The notes below the pieces were generated by a model. That model was not told the DNA's origin and searched no databases. It worked only from the letters and a program-made list of their open reading frames with translations. Shown piece by piece: positions 63,556 to 64,000 of a DNA stretch of 64,000 nt. The stretch spans positions 103,416,001 to 103,480,000 of the forward strand of contig NC_135884.1 in assembly GCF_964194155.1 (NCBI RefSeq), read 5' to 3'. How positions within the stretch are numbered: position 1 is the first letter of the stretch; every line of letters begins with the position of its first letter. Origin of the DNA: Cetorhinus maximus (taxonomy: Eukaryota). Both the position numbers and the translations under genes were made by a program.

Positions 63556-64000
63556 TAATTATTATTATTAAAGTTATGTAAATCTGCAACAAAACTAGAA
63601 GCCAGATAAAGCAAAATGTTTCTAACATTGAAACAAGAAAGTCCTAGAACCTGCCAAACAGATTATATTGTTCCTTTTTGATTGAGTCTTTCTCTCCTCA
63701 GTGATCTGGATCTGGACAAGAAATTGGGCTCACTAGTGCCCAGTTTCGGGGTGCTACGAGTGCTCGTTGAACTCCAATATGGCACCTGTAATGGGTGCAC
63801 CCACTTAGATGACTAGCTGCAAATGCATTGGTGAGGGCATTAGTGTGTGTGTGTTCAATGGTTTGACTCAATGGTACCATTTTGGACCTCCACACACCAG
63901 CTAATGCACTCTCCTAACGTAACACTACTGGCTATACCTGCCCAGGTCAGGGAGCAATTTTCCTATGGGAAAGGAATAATGAGGAATAATGTGTGAGATG

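Noticed and set aside
63701-63830. Coding exon following the 62120 candidate
   Set aside because: An acceptor-like site is present, but the phase-compatible frame stops after about 11 codons and nothing is recognisable.

Overview
Eukaryotic vertebrate genomic DNA. The repeat families suggest a cartilaginous fish (shark or ray), but that is inference. Two host genes are supported. One is an intronless mitochondrial DEAD-box helicase, DDX28 (+, 2369-4093), in a CpG island. The other is a convergent three-exon galanin receptor of the GALR1/GALR1-like (GALR1b) type (-; exons 53205-52546, 51942-51877, 23176-22859; 347 aa; intron 2 is about 28.7 kb). Most of the rest is transposon-derived: three large PIF/Harbinger copies (Myb/SANT gene plus DDE transposase) with several MITEs, a decayed Gypsy-type provirus and four solo LTRs, a hAT element, a Tx1 fragment, CR1/L2-group LINEs, Deu-domain SINEs, and Penelope-like elements carrying minimal hammerhead ribozyme motifs. 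I found no prokaryotic-type system such as CRISPR or an operon. The most unusual signals are: (1) hammerhead motifs in the Penelope ends; (2) a LINE that seems to begin with a tRNA-like Pol III head and to have produced a head-plus-tail SINE; (3) a chimeric tRNA-head retrocopy with a 17-bp TSD; (4) a frameshifting 20-bp duplication at the DDX28 C-terminus; (5) several nested insertion stacks. Coordinates were counted by eye, and repeat boundaries without a TSD are approximate.
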